Shown here: in pieces, positions 12,144 through 25,560 of the stretch
Layout of the letters: every line of letters begins with the position of its first letter
Numbering within the stretch: the stretch's first letter is position 1
Assembly (NCBI RefSeq): GCF_006345805.1
Contig: NC_043006.1
Location: forward strand, 17,856,001-17,920,000
Origin: Octopus sinensis
Lineage: Eukaryota
DNA: 64,000 bases
Reading direction: 5' to 3'
Notes under the pieces: model-generated
The model's database searches: none
What the model was told of the DNA's origin: nothing
What the model saw: only the letters and a program-made list of their open reading frames with translations
Made by a program: the position numbers and the translations under genes

Positions 12144-12799
12144 ATAAATTAGCATGAAATTTTGGTGGAAGGCTTTAGATTAGTTTAAAATGGAAGTTTG
12201 CATTGTAGAATTAGGAGCAGACTCAGGTGCATTAGTGTCAAATTGTTAAAGAAACTATTTTATTATACATACATTAAAGTCAATATTTAATCATACATGT
12301 CCTCACACTTATAAACTCTCAGCCACTTTCAGATATACCATTATTCTTAATCTGTCTTATAACTAGGCTTTTAATTTCCAATCCCTATTAAAATTGGATT
12401 TTTGGATGACTGCATAAAAGGTTATTTTTTCTGATTTTCATAGAAATAATTATTTATTGAAAAAGTTGGATTGCTTTCAAGCATAAAGTCCTAAGGGTTG
12501 GAGAGGAAATAGGTGGATTTTGTGTGCGTGTGTGTGTGTGTAACTGTTGTCATTTGTTTTGGATATAATTAGACTAGATTTTGAAATCAGTATTAGATTC
12601 TAACTCAGCTTCGAATTTAATTAAGAATTTGATTTTAGAATCCATGTGGGAAAATTACAAAACTGTGTTGAAACTTTAATTGGAATGGTACTTTTACTTT
12701 TGAACTGCTTTACCATAATAATTAAATGAGATAGTCAATAATTTTATGATTCTCAATGATATAGATATATAAAACACACACACACATATTTATTGTGCA

Positions 12800-12830
<31 letters not shown>

Positions 12831-12831
<1 letters not shown>

Positions 12832-13674
12832 GAGGTCTGATCAGTAAGTATCTGGACTGTTGCCATAATAACAAAGCTAAAGCACACAGTGAAGCCACTG
12901 GTACAAATTGACCTTGGACTCTGCTGTTTACAGCAGTGCTTGGAAGGAAGGCGTGTAGTGTGTGATCGTTGCATTGGCCATGACAGAGAAAGTTGTCATG
13001 GCGATACCTGCTCAGAGGCCTACTCAAAGTTGCAGAAAGTGTATGGAGAGGAGTGCACGAGCTGCACACAAGTGTACAAGTGATTCAGCCGTTTCTAATA
13101 TGGCCAAAAGAATATTGATATTGACAAACGTTCTGGGAGACCTGCAACCAGCAGAACTGAGAAAAACATTGCAAATATGCATGCAGCTGTGAGTGGAAAT
13201 TGTCAAATCACCATCTGTGAGTTATCAGAGGATGTGCAGATTAGTTACGGTTCAGTTCAGTCCATTATCACTGAAGATTTGGGTGTGAGACATGTGTCTG
13301 CCAAGTTTGTGCCAAAACTGCTCTCAGCTGACCAAAAAGACACACAGATTTCAGTTGCACAAGATCTCCTTGGTTGTGTTGAGAATGATGAAAACTTTTT
13401 GAAATCTTTGCATAGGCCTCTGAGCGGGTATTGCCAAGCTTTTGGCAAAATTTGATGCAGATTCTCTGCTCAACTTTTTTATGGTCAATGCAACAATCAC
13501 TTGCTACACACCTTCCTTCCAAGCACTGCTGTAAACATCGGATGTGAACTAGAATGTTAAAACTTAGTGCACATGCATAACAGAGTTCAAGGTCGATCTG
13601 TGCCAAGTGGCTTCACTCTATATGTTTTAGCTTCGTTACTATAGCAACAGTACAAATACTTATTGATCAGACCA

Positions 13675-13676
<2 letters not shown>
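12831..13676 (+). mobile_element. Rearranged mariner derivative with two inverted 5' ends
   Basis: TA-flanked TIRs gaggtctgatca / tgatcagaccatg; + strand N-terminal transposase up to VSAKFVPKLL..ENDENFLKS; ~270-bp inverted copy of the 5' end encoding EQRICIKFCQKLG. Confidence 0.85.
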
Positions 13677-13720
<44 letters not shown>

Positions 13721-14936
13721 TAATGTTTTTCACTATTGAAATTTTAATAGACTATCTCCCTTCTCTAATGCTGTAGGCATAACTGTATTTACCTATTTCA
13801 TGATCCTACATTCAGTCCTTCTGTATAGCACTTTGACAAGTGTCTTTTACCATAATGTTAGTCAAACCACTGCCTTCATCATCATCATCATCGTTTAACG
13901 TCCGTTTTCCGCGCTAGCACGGGTTGGACGGTTTCAACTGGGGTCTGGGGAGCTCGGGACTGCCCCAGGCTCCAGTCTAGTCTGGCAGTGTTTCTACAGC
14001 TGGATGCCCTTCCTAACGCCAACCACTCCGCGAGTGTAGTGGGTGTTTTTTACGTGCCACCTGCACAGGTGCCAGAGGGGTCTGGCATCGGCCACGTTCG
14101 GATGGTGCTTTTTATGTGGGGGGGGGTGCAGAAATATAGGGGAGCACCAGTGGGGAGGGGTGGTTCAGAGAAATGATGACAGGTTCTAGGCAAGTAGAAC
14201 GTAGGATATCGAGAGAGGGGTAATGCATGGTGAAATAGCGTATTGAAGAGGGGGGGGTTCGAAGAGTAGACACCTATAATGGTGGTGGGAGAAGCGACAT
14301 CCGGTATAGATGGAGCAAAAATATAGATATCTGGTATTGGTGGTGGGGGTGGGTAGGGCGATTGCACCGCGAAGATACGAATGTTGATTAATACGAGGAG
14401 AAATGATATGAAATGAATAAGATTAGATAAGATAGACAGATAGAGAAATTTGATAAAATTATGAATGGTCAGTAAAGAATTGAAAATAGCAATTCAAAAT
14501 AGCAATTCAAAACACCTATCTTGCTCGCGCTCGGAAATTCACAGCTTGTAGATGAGAGAGAGAGCTGGATGAAATTTGGTAGATGGAAACAGGAAATTGT
14601 GCAGAAGCCCAGTGTGTGATGTCTATACTGGATGGATGGCAGAGATACCCTGTATGTCAAAAACAGAAAATATATTTGCCTCTGAGGTTGATTAAGTAAT
14701 TATTAGACTATGAACTGAGATTTATATGATCAACTAAAAATCATTGAAGGTAGTGGCCTACCATGTCTGCAGTCCATTGACTCAAACCAGTTACAGAATG
14801 AAAGGGGAAAAAAAAAACATTGGTATCTTTTCAACATAGCATTTAGTATACTGTATAGCCATGTAATGCATATGAACGAAGACAGTTGCATCAAGAGGTG
14901 CTGATCTCTAATTGTAAAGGTAACATATATAAATAA

Positions 14937-15109
14937 AAAGGGCAAGCAACAGGTTGCTTAGCCACAAACTAAAAAATTAGAAATAGCAGTCAAAGACCAC
15001 TTATTTCTATTTTCTACAAATATAACTCCACATATAACATATACATAGAAATAACTTTGACTGCTATTTCTAATTTTTCGGTATGTGGCTAAGCAACCTG
15101 TTGCTTGCC

Positions 15110-15113
<4 letters not shown>
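14937..15113. mobile_element. Foldback MITE with ~58-bp TIRs
   Basis: aaagggcaagcaacaggttgcttagccaca...cagtcaaag is mirrored at 15055-15113. Confidence 0.88.
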
Positions 15114-15143
<30 letters not shown>

Positions 15144-15261
15144 CTTCTGGAAAAGGTTCCTACTGATAATGGTTATATTTACATACCGAAATCTACCCGG
15201 AAATAATTGTTGATTTTGAAATTAATAATTATTTGCCCTTATATTATTAATAATGTAAAGG

Positions 15262-15928
15262 TAACATGTAGAAGGGGTAGACCTAGGAAGACATGGGATG
15301 AATTGGTGAGAAAGGATCCACAGATGTTGGGACCCACTGAGGGGATGACAGGGGATCAAGACTCATGGTGGTTTGCTGTACTTGAAAAGACACATCAAGC
15401 TGAGTAAAGGCATGGTTGTCCTTACATACAGGCTTGCCCCTGCAATCCTCTCCAGCTGAGCATCCCTAATCTTATGGACACATAGGTGCTGGTGCCACAT
15501 AAAATGCACCCATGCTGGTGCTGTGTAAAAGCACCCAGTATACTCTCTAAAGTGGTTGGTATTAGGAAGGTCTCCAGCCAGAGAAACCATGCCAGAACAG
15601 ACAGGGAGCCTGAAAAGCACTTCAGCTGGTCAGCTCCTATCAAACCTTCCAACCCATGCCAGCATGGAAAAATGGACTTTCGGTGACACGTAAAAGCACC
15701 AACCGATCATGGCCATTTGCCAGCCTCCTGTGGCCCTGTGCCGGTGGTACGTAAAAAGCACCCACTACACTCATGGAGTGGTTGGCGTTAGGAAGGGCAT
15801 CCAGCTGTAGAAACACTGCCAAACCAGATTGGAGCCTGGTGCAGCCTTCATGGCTTACCAGACCCTGGTTGAACCGTGCAACCCATGCTAGCATGGAAAA
15901 CGGACATTAAATGATGATGATGATGATG
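15262..15928 (+). mobile_element. RTE LINE 3' fragment (ORF2 end plus a 3'UTR equal to family B repeat)
   Basis: RRGRPRKTWDELVRKD...AVLEKT* followed by family B modules and a (GAT)n tail. Confidence 0.85.
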
Positions 15929-17583
15929 TAGAAAAAATTTTTGAAATATCTCCATACTTCTTTTTTTAGATACTTTGTAAATATTTTACACACCATAATT
16001 CTAAATTAGATACACTATCAGGCATTTATTTCTATGATACCAAAAAGCAGTTATTTTATTCAAGGAATTTGCTATATGTTTTCAGTTTTCCTCTATTATC
16101 TAAAACATTAATTCATCTTCAAACCCATTTTTATTGGACATTCTACCTGGCCAAGTTATCATAATATTTTATATTAAGTTGTATTTCATTAAAGCAAAAG
16201 AAATAAAAATATGAATAAACAAAATAAATAATTTAGTTTTCAATTACAAATTAAATTTTGATGTTCAGAAGTACAGTATCCGAGTATATGGAAAGTTAAC
16301 TGTTATGTAGTGTTTAGCTATAAAATGTAATGGAAGAATTTTGGAAGTTATTTTGAACTTTTCTAATAATAGCTAGAAGCTTTGTACTTCTCGTTACAGA
16401 ATTTTCAGCTACACCTTTCCTATCTTGATCTTAGATTTAGCATGCAGCTGAAGAAACTCTGTATCTATTTTGGCATATTACAAATTCTGTTAGAAAGTGT
16501 CTTATTGTAAGATGTAATTATAATAAATATGGTCTTAATTACACGACTGCAGTCAGGGCACCAATGTTCTAAGACAGATCAAACCAGGACGCTGCACAGC
16601 CTCTAATTAGTGGCTGATGAGTTTACAATGAAGTTGTAATATATTCTAATTAAGACCAAGTATTATCATTTGACCATCTGTAACAACATTGTTTTCTTGA
16701 ACACATTGTGGAAACTAAAGAAAAGCTACAGACCATGAGACGGTATTTTAAGTCATGTTTGTACTGAGCAACTCAAAAGAATTATCTTCAACTTTTTGGT
16801 TTGACCTTCATACTTATTTTCCTAAAAAAATTTTTTCTTCTTTTCATCTTTTTGTCGCATATATCGCATTCTCAATCTATCATCCTATCATATTTCTTTT
16901 TATTATATCCACCTTCTTTATTCTTAATTGTTCATCTTCTTTGATGCCCTATGCTCCATCATTTGTAGGTGGACTTTACAGCTCAGGTAGGAGCACATTC
17001 TCTCTTAGTCACTTTCTTTTGGTGTCAACTTTGCATTAGCACAGCTATTTAAATCTTTCCTTGTTTATTATTCTTAGTGGCAGTTTCATTATGCATGTTT
17101 CCTTGTAGAACGAAGCATTACTCCAACATATCTTAGACATATAATATAACTTACGAAACATTTGTTTTTTTTTTTAATCAACTGTCTATTTTTCAATTAA
17201 TAGAAGCTAAATATAGAGTATATTTTCAAGTTTTCCATAGCAATTCCATAAGTCAATCACTCCTACATTTCAAGGTATTTTTAAAGTCAAGTGTTCATTT
17301 ATATGGCTGCACCTCATGGCAACTGACTCCAACCACTCTCACAGTCATTGTGTTGTGCCACTTCCTCAGCACAAGCACACCTTTGTTTATGCCTGTCTCA
17401 CAGTTAAAGTATTTGTTTTAGAAATAAAGATACCTAGTTGTAAAAAAACCAATGTCCAAATGTATTATATTTTCCCTACATCTGACCTATCTTGTTCTAT
17501 ATTATGATACTAAAGTGATTAGTTTAAAATGATGAGAAAAGCTTAGGGCAAAATTTAATTTAGTTTTAGATTTACTTAGACAA

Positions 17584-17797
17584 TTAACCCTTTCATTACC
17601 GTATTTATTTTGAGATGTTCTTCGTTTCTTTCAATTACTTTAAATATAAGAAAGAATTTAGCAAATTAAGCTAGTGTTAGGAACATAAATTGTGACTAAG
17701 GTTTGGTGGAAGGTTTTAATTCAAAACTTTTGAAAATGAGACATTTGTACTACAGAGCCAGAGCCGGTTTCAGCCGGGTTGGTAATGAAAGGGTTAA
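17584..17797. mobile_element. piggyBac-like MITE family F
   Basis: TTAA-CCCTTTCATTACC...GGTAATGAAAGGG-TTAA; related copies near 18-238, 25150-25508, 32500, 50790 and 62480. Confidence 0.8.
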
Positions 17798-19427
17798 GCT
17801 TTCTCTCCAAGAGTTGCTTGTCAATGGATCTAACTACTTCATTTTCGTAAAAACAGAAATAAAGATTATTGATGGGATCTACCTTCGAAAAAGTTCCTTC
17901 TTTATGTTTTTTTTTTTTTGGTGCTATATTTCTGCTAAATTAATTTTGAAAATAATGAATTTACTGAAATAACTTTGTCATTGTTAAGCTGGTGCTTGGA
18001 ATGTTTATAAACATGAAATTTTGAGGGAAAGTTTTAATTTAGATCACTTTAAAACAGGAAGTTTATATTGTAGAACTAGGGGACGGTCTCAAATGAGTTG
18101 TTATCAAAAGGGTTTATGATAGTTGTTGACCATATCCTACATATTTTGATACTTTCCATTCTCACTAGTCAGGCAGTGAAAGAAAAATTGATATTTCCCA
18201 GTTTTGCTTTCACTAGAAACAAAATTCACCATTTGACTAAGAATTTCCTAGTTACCTTCTCATCAAATGCTGAATTTACTGTTCCTCTTCTTCATTTTGT
18301 ATTAGTATCTTTGATCCTGTGTAGATAAAATGATATTGGTCCTTTTCAACCTTATATACACCCATGCTCTTTCTCTACCTTCATCCTATGCTGTTGTTGT
18401 TGTTGTTTTTTTTTTTTTCACTCTCTGAACAAGGAATTGTGCTCATAGGCCTCACTGGCCCTCTTATACCAGTTCGAATAATGGGCACTGAGAGAAACAC
18501 ATTCTCAGGGCCACAAAAGAAAGAAAAAATTACCTGTGAACGAATTGTAGAAGGGTGATGTTTAAGCAGAGGAAGGACATAGGGAGAGGGAATACAATAT
18601 GAGGAAGACAAGAGGAGAAAGGAATCATTTTGGGGTGCCTAAGTAAGTGTAGCACAAGATCTGTCAGCTTGAGGAACAGCAGCCACTGTAGTAGTGATAC
18701 AAAACAAAAGAGAAAAAGCACAACACATCTGTATACCAGAGATTAGAATATATTGGTGAGCAACTTTGTCAATCAGTCAGATGGCCTCTTTTGGAAGGCC
18801 ATGTCTATGTAGCAACAGGGTTGTTGTTAGATGGGGAAGCAGTATTCTATTGTGGGTCTCACCCGAACTTTTTACAGGAAAGACGAGCGCAGTGAGGGAA
18901 GTGACATTATTGGGGAATGAAGGATTGAGGTAAAATTTATTGCTTAAAGATATTGAGACTAACTGATAGGGATTATGGTTTCTTCAATATCTCAAAATGA
19001 GCCTTCTATATAAATATTTATCACAGATAAGCTGGAAACTAAGATGAAAAAAAAAAGAAGAAAAAAAACTACCTGTTTGATAAACATGCTTTGTTCTTCT
19101 TATCCCACACTTAAAACTACTGAACTTGGCATTAAAATTCCTCTGAAGAAGTCTCTTTACATTCACTTCTGTTACTTATCACCATCGTTCTGGGTGTGAT
19201 ATTTGACTCTTTAGGCTTGATATTAACCGTACATGTTCTCTCTCTCCATGAAGGATATCTCTCAGTACTGCATGGTGACTATTTAAACTATGCTTAAACT
19301 AACATTTATTACCTATCTTGTGTGTGTATATGTATGTGTATATATGTAAATCTGTGTGTGTATATATATACATACATATCATATATATCTGTATGTCTAT
19401 ATATATATATACATACACACACACACA

Positions 19428-20455
19428 CAGAGGGGGTTGGACAAAATAATGGAAACACCTTAAAATTTCAAACAGATATATTTTAATATGGGGCAGGACT
19501 GCCTTTGGCAGTAATTACAGATTGAATTCTATGAGGTATGGACTCGTACAAAGTTTGAATTGTTTCCAAAGGAATTTTTGTCCATTCTTCAGCTAAAACA
19601 GTCTCCAATTCTTGTAATGATGATGGTGGAGGATATTGACTCCTTATTTGTTTTTATAAAATGCTCCACAAATGTTCAGTAATATTGAGATCTGGGGATG
19701 TCCAAGTTCACTAGAGTGTTCCTTGTGCCATTCAGTAACAACTTTAGCTGTGTGAATTGGTACATTATCTTCCTGAAAGATTGTGTTCCCCTCTGGAAAT
19801 AGTTCCGCAACCATAGGATGAATTTGATCAGATAAAATGTTCAAATAGTATTGACTATTAATTCTGCCATGAAGGAAAACCATTGGGCTGGCAGATTTCC
19901 AAGATATAGCCCCCCCCCCTCCAGATCATCACAGATCCTCCTCCATGTTTAACAGTTAGAAGAAGGCAGTCTGGGTCAGATGCTTCTTTTGGCTATCTCC
20001 ACACGTATACTCGGCCGGTGGCTGGAAATATGATAAAGGATGACTTGTCCGAGAAAATAAATCTTTCCACAGCTCTGGGTACTATTTCTGTAGTTTTTAC
20101 TCAATGCTTTGCAATGTTTGTTCTTGAAAGTAGTGGTTTTCTGATTGCAACTCTCCCATGAAATCCGGCTTTGTGCAGCTCCCAGTGAACAGTTTTTATG
20201 GAAACTGGGTTCTTGAGGTGGTCATTAGGCTCTGCAGTAATTTTAGGAGCTGTACTTCTGAAAGCTTTGGTTTTCTTCCAGAGTTTTGTTTTGATGAGGA
20301 GGTTTTTTCCTCTTTCTCAAAGGCTTTCATTACTTTCGAGACAGTACTTCTTGATACACTGAACATTTCAGCTGTTTTCATTACGCTAGCACCTGCTATA
20401 CGAGCACCAACAATTTGACCTCTTTGAAAGTCTAATAAATCTGTCATTTTAATGA
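19428..20455 (-). mobile_element. Tc1-family transposon remnant lacking its 5' end
   Basis: Terminus cagagggggttggacaaaataatggaaacacc; HTH fragment DFQRGQIVGAR..SRSTVSKV; catalytic-domain fragment FQEDNVPIHTAKVV; cut by a family B repeat at 20463. Confidence 0.85.
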
Positions 20456-20977
20456 ATATATACCAACCAATCGTGGCCGTTGCCAGCCTAGCACCTGTGC
20501 CGGTGACACGTTAAAAGCACCCACTACACTCACGGAGTGGTTGGCATTAGGAAGGGCATCCAGCTGTAGAAACACTGCCAGATCAGACTGGAGCCTGGTG
20601 CAGCCTTCTGGCTTCCCAGACCCCGGTCGAACCATCCAACCCATGCCAGCATGGAAAACGGACGTTAAACGATGATGATCATGATACGTATGCATGTGTA
20701 TATATATATATATATATATATACATACATACGTATGTATGTATGTATATGCGTATTTAGAAGGCTATTCCATCACAGAGTTACCCATTTACAGTTTAGTG
20801 TACTGGAACAGTGTGAAACAAGTATTTTGCACAAGAACGCAATCCACTGCTTGGTCCAGGAATTGAAGACATAATTGCTAGATTGTGATTGTAGCATACT
20901 AACCACCAGGCCACATGCCCTTACATGTGCGTTTGTGTGTACATATATATATATATATATATGTATTATATATATAT

Positions 20978-21372
20978 TCTCTTATTCTTTTACTTGTTTC
21001 AATCATTTGACTGTGGCCATGCTGGAGCACTACCTTTAGTCAAACAAATTGACCCCAAGATTTATTCTTTGTAAGCCTAGCACTTATTCTGTGGGGTTTT
21101 TTTGCCAAACCACTAAGTTATGGGGATGTAAACACACCAACATCAGTTGTCAAGCAGTGGTGGGGGACAAACAGGCACACATACACACACACACACTCAC
21201 AATTTCATACGACAGGCTTCTGTCAGTTTCTGTCTACCAAATCTACTCACAATGCTTTGGTCGGCCCAAGGGTGTAGTAGATAACAAGTGCCCAAGATGC
21301 CATGCAGTGGGACTGAAACTGGAATCATGTGGTTGGGAAGCAAGCTTCTTACCACACAGCCACTCCTGCGCC
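20978..21372 (-). mobile_element. SINE family A
   Basis: Reverse-complement copy of the same sequence. Confidence 0.85.
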
Positions 21373-21685
21373 TTTGTATGTATATATATATATATATATA
21401 TATAAAAATTAACAGACAACCGTTGTCTGTTTGATTCTGCCGGATATGTTGGTTTTGTTCATTCATGATATATTTTGAATTCGTTTCACTGAAGAACAAG
21501 AGACGTAGATAATACGTTAATTGCAAAATCACAGGTGATCTGGAACTAAATTCTGTTTTTAAATGTCTTGCTTCGAGAGCTGCATTCGGTACGATTCGTT
21601 TATTTTTGGTAGTTAATGACTTTAAAAGTCCCTCCTAGCGTGTGGCATTTATGTGTAATAATGCCCTCTATATTATATAAATATA

Positions 21686-23410
21686 TAATAATAATAATAA
21701 TAATAATAATTGTGTACAGTGCTCAGGTGCACTACAACTCATCTAAAGTGTATATATAATCAGGTGTAGTTTCAGCGGATTTCGGAAAGCATGAGGGCCT
21801 TAAAGGATGCAGTGTCATGGCAGTCAACAACTGACGCAGGCAGTTTATTCCATGCTTCAGCAACTCTGAGCGTGAAAAAATGTTTCCGAAAGTCATGGGA
21901 GCTGTGTTGTTTTCTGACTTTGTAGGCATGTCCACGTGTGTTAGACACATGGAGATCAAAAAGGTGTTCAGTGTTGTTGTTGGTGAGGTGGTTGATAACC
22001 TTGTGGGCGTTTACCAAGTCCGTCGCCAGACGCCGGAGCTTCAGTGAATCCATGCCCAGGGAAACAAGGCGCTCAGAATATGGTAGGTGTCTGATGGAGG
22101 GTATGCGTTTGGTTGCGCGTCTCTGGACAGATTCCAGGAGGTCAATGTTCTGAGCAAGATAGGGATTCCAAACTGATGATGCGAATTCCAAGTGTGGTCG
22201 TACCATAGCTGTATACAGTTTTAAATAGATGACTGGAGAGCGGCTAACAAAAGTCTTGCTGAGTGATGCCAAGACACCCTCGGCCTTCTTGACAATTTTA
22301 GAGATATGCTTTGTCCAACGCAAATCACTGCTGACAGTGATGCCTAGGTCACGCTCGCAAGAGGATTTCTTGATATCAGTGTTGTGGAGGGAGTATGTGG
22401 ACGCAGGGTTTTTTCTCCCAAAATGCATGGTGGTACACTTGTCCACAGCCAGTTTCAGTTGCCAGTCTGTGATCCATTGCTGCATTGTGTCTAGGTCTGA
22501 TTGCAGGAAAGAGTTGTAGACATCAGGATCAGTCCTCTTGATTTCAAGGTACAGCTTGATGTCTTCTGCATATTTCAATACTGTGGCATTCTTTAAATTG
22601 GCATCTATGTCGTTAATGTATGCCACAAACAGGAGGGGACCAAGGACAGATCCCTGTGGTACACCCGATGACATCTCATATGGTGTAGAGTGCTGTCCTA
22701 GAACTGTGACTACCTCCTTTCGGCTGAGGATGAAGGATTTCAACCAGTTAAAAAGGTCATCCCCCACACCCATTGCAGAGAGTTTCACCATAAGCCTTTT
22801 GTGTGGCACAGAGTTGAAAGCCTTAGCAAAGTCAAGGTAGACAACATCCACCCATGAGCCACTGTCAGTGATCTGAGTAATGTCCTCAAGGAACTCGACA
22901 AGCTGGTCACTGCAGCTGGAGTTAGGGACAAATCCATATTGTGAGGGTCGGATGAGACTGTGAGAGCTCCAGAAGTTCCAGAGTGTTTCTCTGATACACG
23001 ATTCCATCAGTTTTGCAATACAGCTAGTGAGACTGACTGGGCGATAGTTGACAGGTGATGTGCGGTCACCCTTTTTGAACAGAGGAATGACACTGGCAGT
23101 TTTCCACTGCTCCGGAGTAGCACCATTGTTGAGACAGTACTGGAAGAAAATAGAAAGCTGGTGTAAAAGGAAGTGCCTGCCACGTTTGAGAAGCAGGTAT
23201 GTAACTCCATCGAGACCAGGGGAGGCATAGTTGTGCTTATTTTGAAGGTGACGTCGCAGCATTGCAGGTGTAAATTCCATAGTTGTTATGGAGTTTGCTG
23301 TTAGTGATGGTGAAGATGGTACATTTTGACTTTCAACAGTGAATATGTTTGCATAGCACTCGGCAATGAGTTCTGCGCATTCCTTGGGGTCGTCAGTGAT
23401 CTGGTTCTTT
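21686..23410 (-). mobile_element. 5'-truncated CR1-clade LINE with an uninterrupted RT ORF
   Basis: ORF of >500 codons with NYRPVSLTS, YLDFAKAF, PQGSVLGPLLF, YAED and RGH..K..FF..RV..WNKLP; short 3'UTR stem-loop and (TTA)n tail. Confidence 0.93.
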
Positions 23411-23660
23411 ATAGTGTGTTACATATAGCCAAAAAGTTCGCTTCCCAACCACATGTGTGGCATCTTGGGCAAGTGCCTCCAACTATAAACCCATCTGCAT
23501 GTTCTGAGTTCAAATTCCTTGCAACCTTTCAAAGTCAACAAAATAAGTACCAGTTGAGGACAGGTGTCAATGTAATCGACTATCCCCGTCCCCTAAAATT
23601 TAAGGCCTTGTGCCTATATTGGAAAGGATTATAATTATTATTTTTATAATTATTATTAAT

Positions 23661-24097
23661 GTGGCGAGCTAGCAGAGCTGGCAGAAACGTTAGCATGCCA
23701 GGTGAAATGCTTAGCGGTATTTCGTCTGCCGCTACGTTCTGAGTTCAAATTCCGCCGAGGTCCACCTTACCTTTCATCCTTTTGGGGTCGATAAATTAAG
23801 TACTAGTTACGCACTGGGGGCAATGTAATCGACTTTATCCCTTTGTCTGTCCTTGTTTGTCCCCTCTATGTTTAGCCCCTTGTGGGCAATGAAGAAATAA
23901 GAATCATTAGCACGCCAGGCAAAATGCTTAGCGGTATTTCGTCTGCTACTATGTTCTGAGTTCAAATTCCACTGAGGTTGATTTTGCCTTTCATCCTTTC
24001 AGGGTCAATAAATTAAGTACCAGTGAAACACTGAACTTGATATAATCAACTGTTCACCTCCCCCAAAATTTCAGGCCTTGTGCCTATAGTAGAAAGA

Positions 24098-24105
<8 letters not shown>
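23661..24105 (+). mobile_element. SINE family C (Nin/Deu-domain-like) heterodimer
   Basis: gcctttcatcctttcggggtcgataaattaagtaccag core present twice; junction gaaataagaatcattagcacg. Confidence 0.8.
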
Positions 24106-24141
<36 letters not shown>

Positions 24142-24623
24142 TATATTTATTATTATTATTATTATTATTGAAGTTACATATCTCACAATGTATGTCAAGT
24201 AATGGAACTGACAGTATTTGTTCTGACTCTTTACATTGTGACTTCGACTCCAGCTGGAGCCAACTTTGCTTGTCACCCCTCCAGATTCAGTAAAATAAAA
24301 GAGCCAGTCAAATACTGGTGTCAGCGGTATTAAGTCAGTCCCTCCCCTCAAAACTGTTGACTGTGTGCCTAAATCAGAAACATTTGTCTTTAGTTACTCT
24401 GAAGCTACATACACTTCATCTTGAACCTCATAGTTTTGCTCCCCCTCTTTCGTGTCTCATTTCTAGAATATATTTCTATTGTATTTTAATCATTTTTAAT
24501 CCTGGGACATTTCTCTAAATCCTACTCATAGAACATTCTGGTTGTGTACAATGTCTTTTGTTTTAGATATTTTTTTGACTCAACTGATGGGCAATATTTT
24601 GGTACAATCTCCTTCGGTAATGT

Positions 24624-24930
24624 TTGTACTAGCAACTTCAATTAGTTCTGTACTATCAATTTTTATTTATAATGTACTAGCAATGACATACTATACTAGC
24701 AACTGTTATTAATTCTGTACTAGCAATTTTAATTAATACCATACTATTAATTAATGCTGTACAAGCGATTTTGATAAAATGTTCTACAGCTGATCAATGC
24801 TGTACTAACAGTTTTAATTATTATTGTGCATGTAAATAATATTAACATACTATCAATTTACATGCTGTACTGGTAACTTTAATTAATATTACACTAGTGA
24901 GTAATATTGTACTAGCAATTTTATTAATGG
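24624..24930. repeat. Degenerate AT-rich minisatellite (tgtactagcaatttt...)
   Basis: tactagca-like motif recurs about every 21-25 bp. Confidence 0.65.
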
Positions 24931-25560
24931 TGTAAACTATAAACAAGACTTCAGTTATTATACAGAATCGGATCTTATCTTTTACCACTTCTTTTGATTG
25001 CTCCACCTGCACTGATTGACTACTTAAATAAGTAGTCAAACTGTTTCAGTTGCGTTTTCACTTAACACTTTACACTTCTTCGAGAATCCTCCGATGTCAC
25101 CATTTTATCTTGAATTTCACTATTTCAACACACTCAACACTTTTTTTTAGCATATTTTCATTGAAATATGAATGTTTTGTTTCAGTTAATTTTGAATATG
25201 ATAAAGGCTTTGATTGAACTGAAGTTTGGAACATAAATGAACTTAAAATTTCAATGGAAGCTTTTCATTTAGATCACTTTGACCTCTTTGTTACGTATTT
25301 CTTTTGAAAAACACTGACTTTTGTTTCAATTTATTTTGAAAATAATGAAGAATTTTATAAAAAACCTTTGTCGTTACTGAGTTAGTGTTTAGAACATAAA
25401 TTAACATGATATTTTGATCAAAGGTTTTAATTTAGATCAGTTAAAAATAGTGAATTTGTACTGTAGAACCAGGGTCAGTCTTAGGCAGGTTAATATCAAA
25501 TGGGTTAACCCTTTAGCATTTAAACTGGCCATATCAAGCCTGAAAATTTTACCTGTTTTA

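Noticed and set aside
16530-16658. 12-bp inverted repeat enclosing CTGATGA (hammerhead or snoRNA?)
   Set aside because: No stem II-GAAA arrangement and no convincing C/D box pair; at most a decayed MITE.
21772-23280. Host gene or active retroelement for the 502-aa ORF
   Set aside because: It is 5'-truncated, lacks the endonuclease and promoter, and has altered catalytic motifs.
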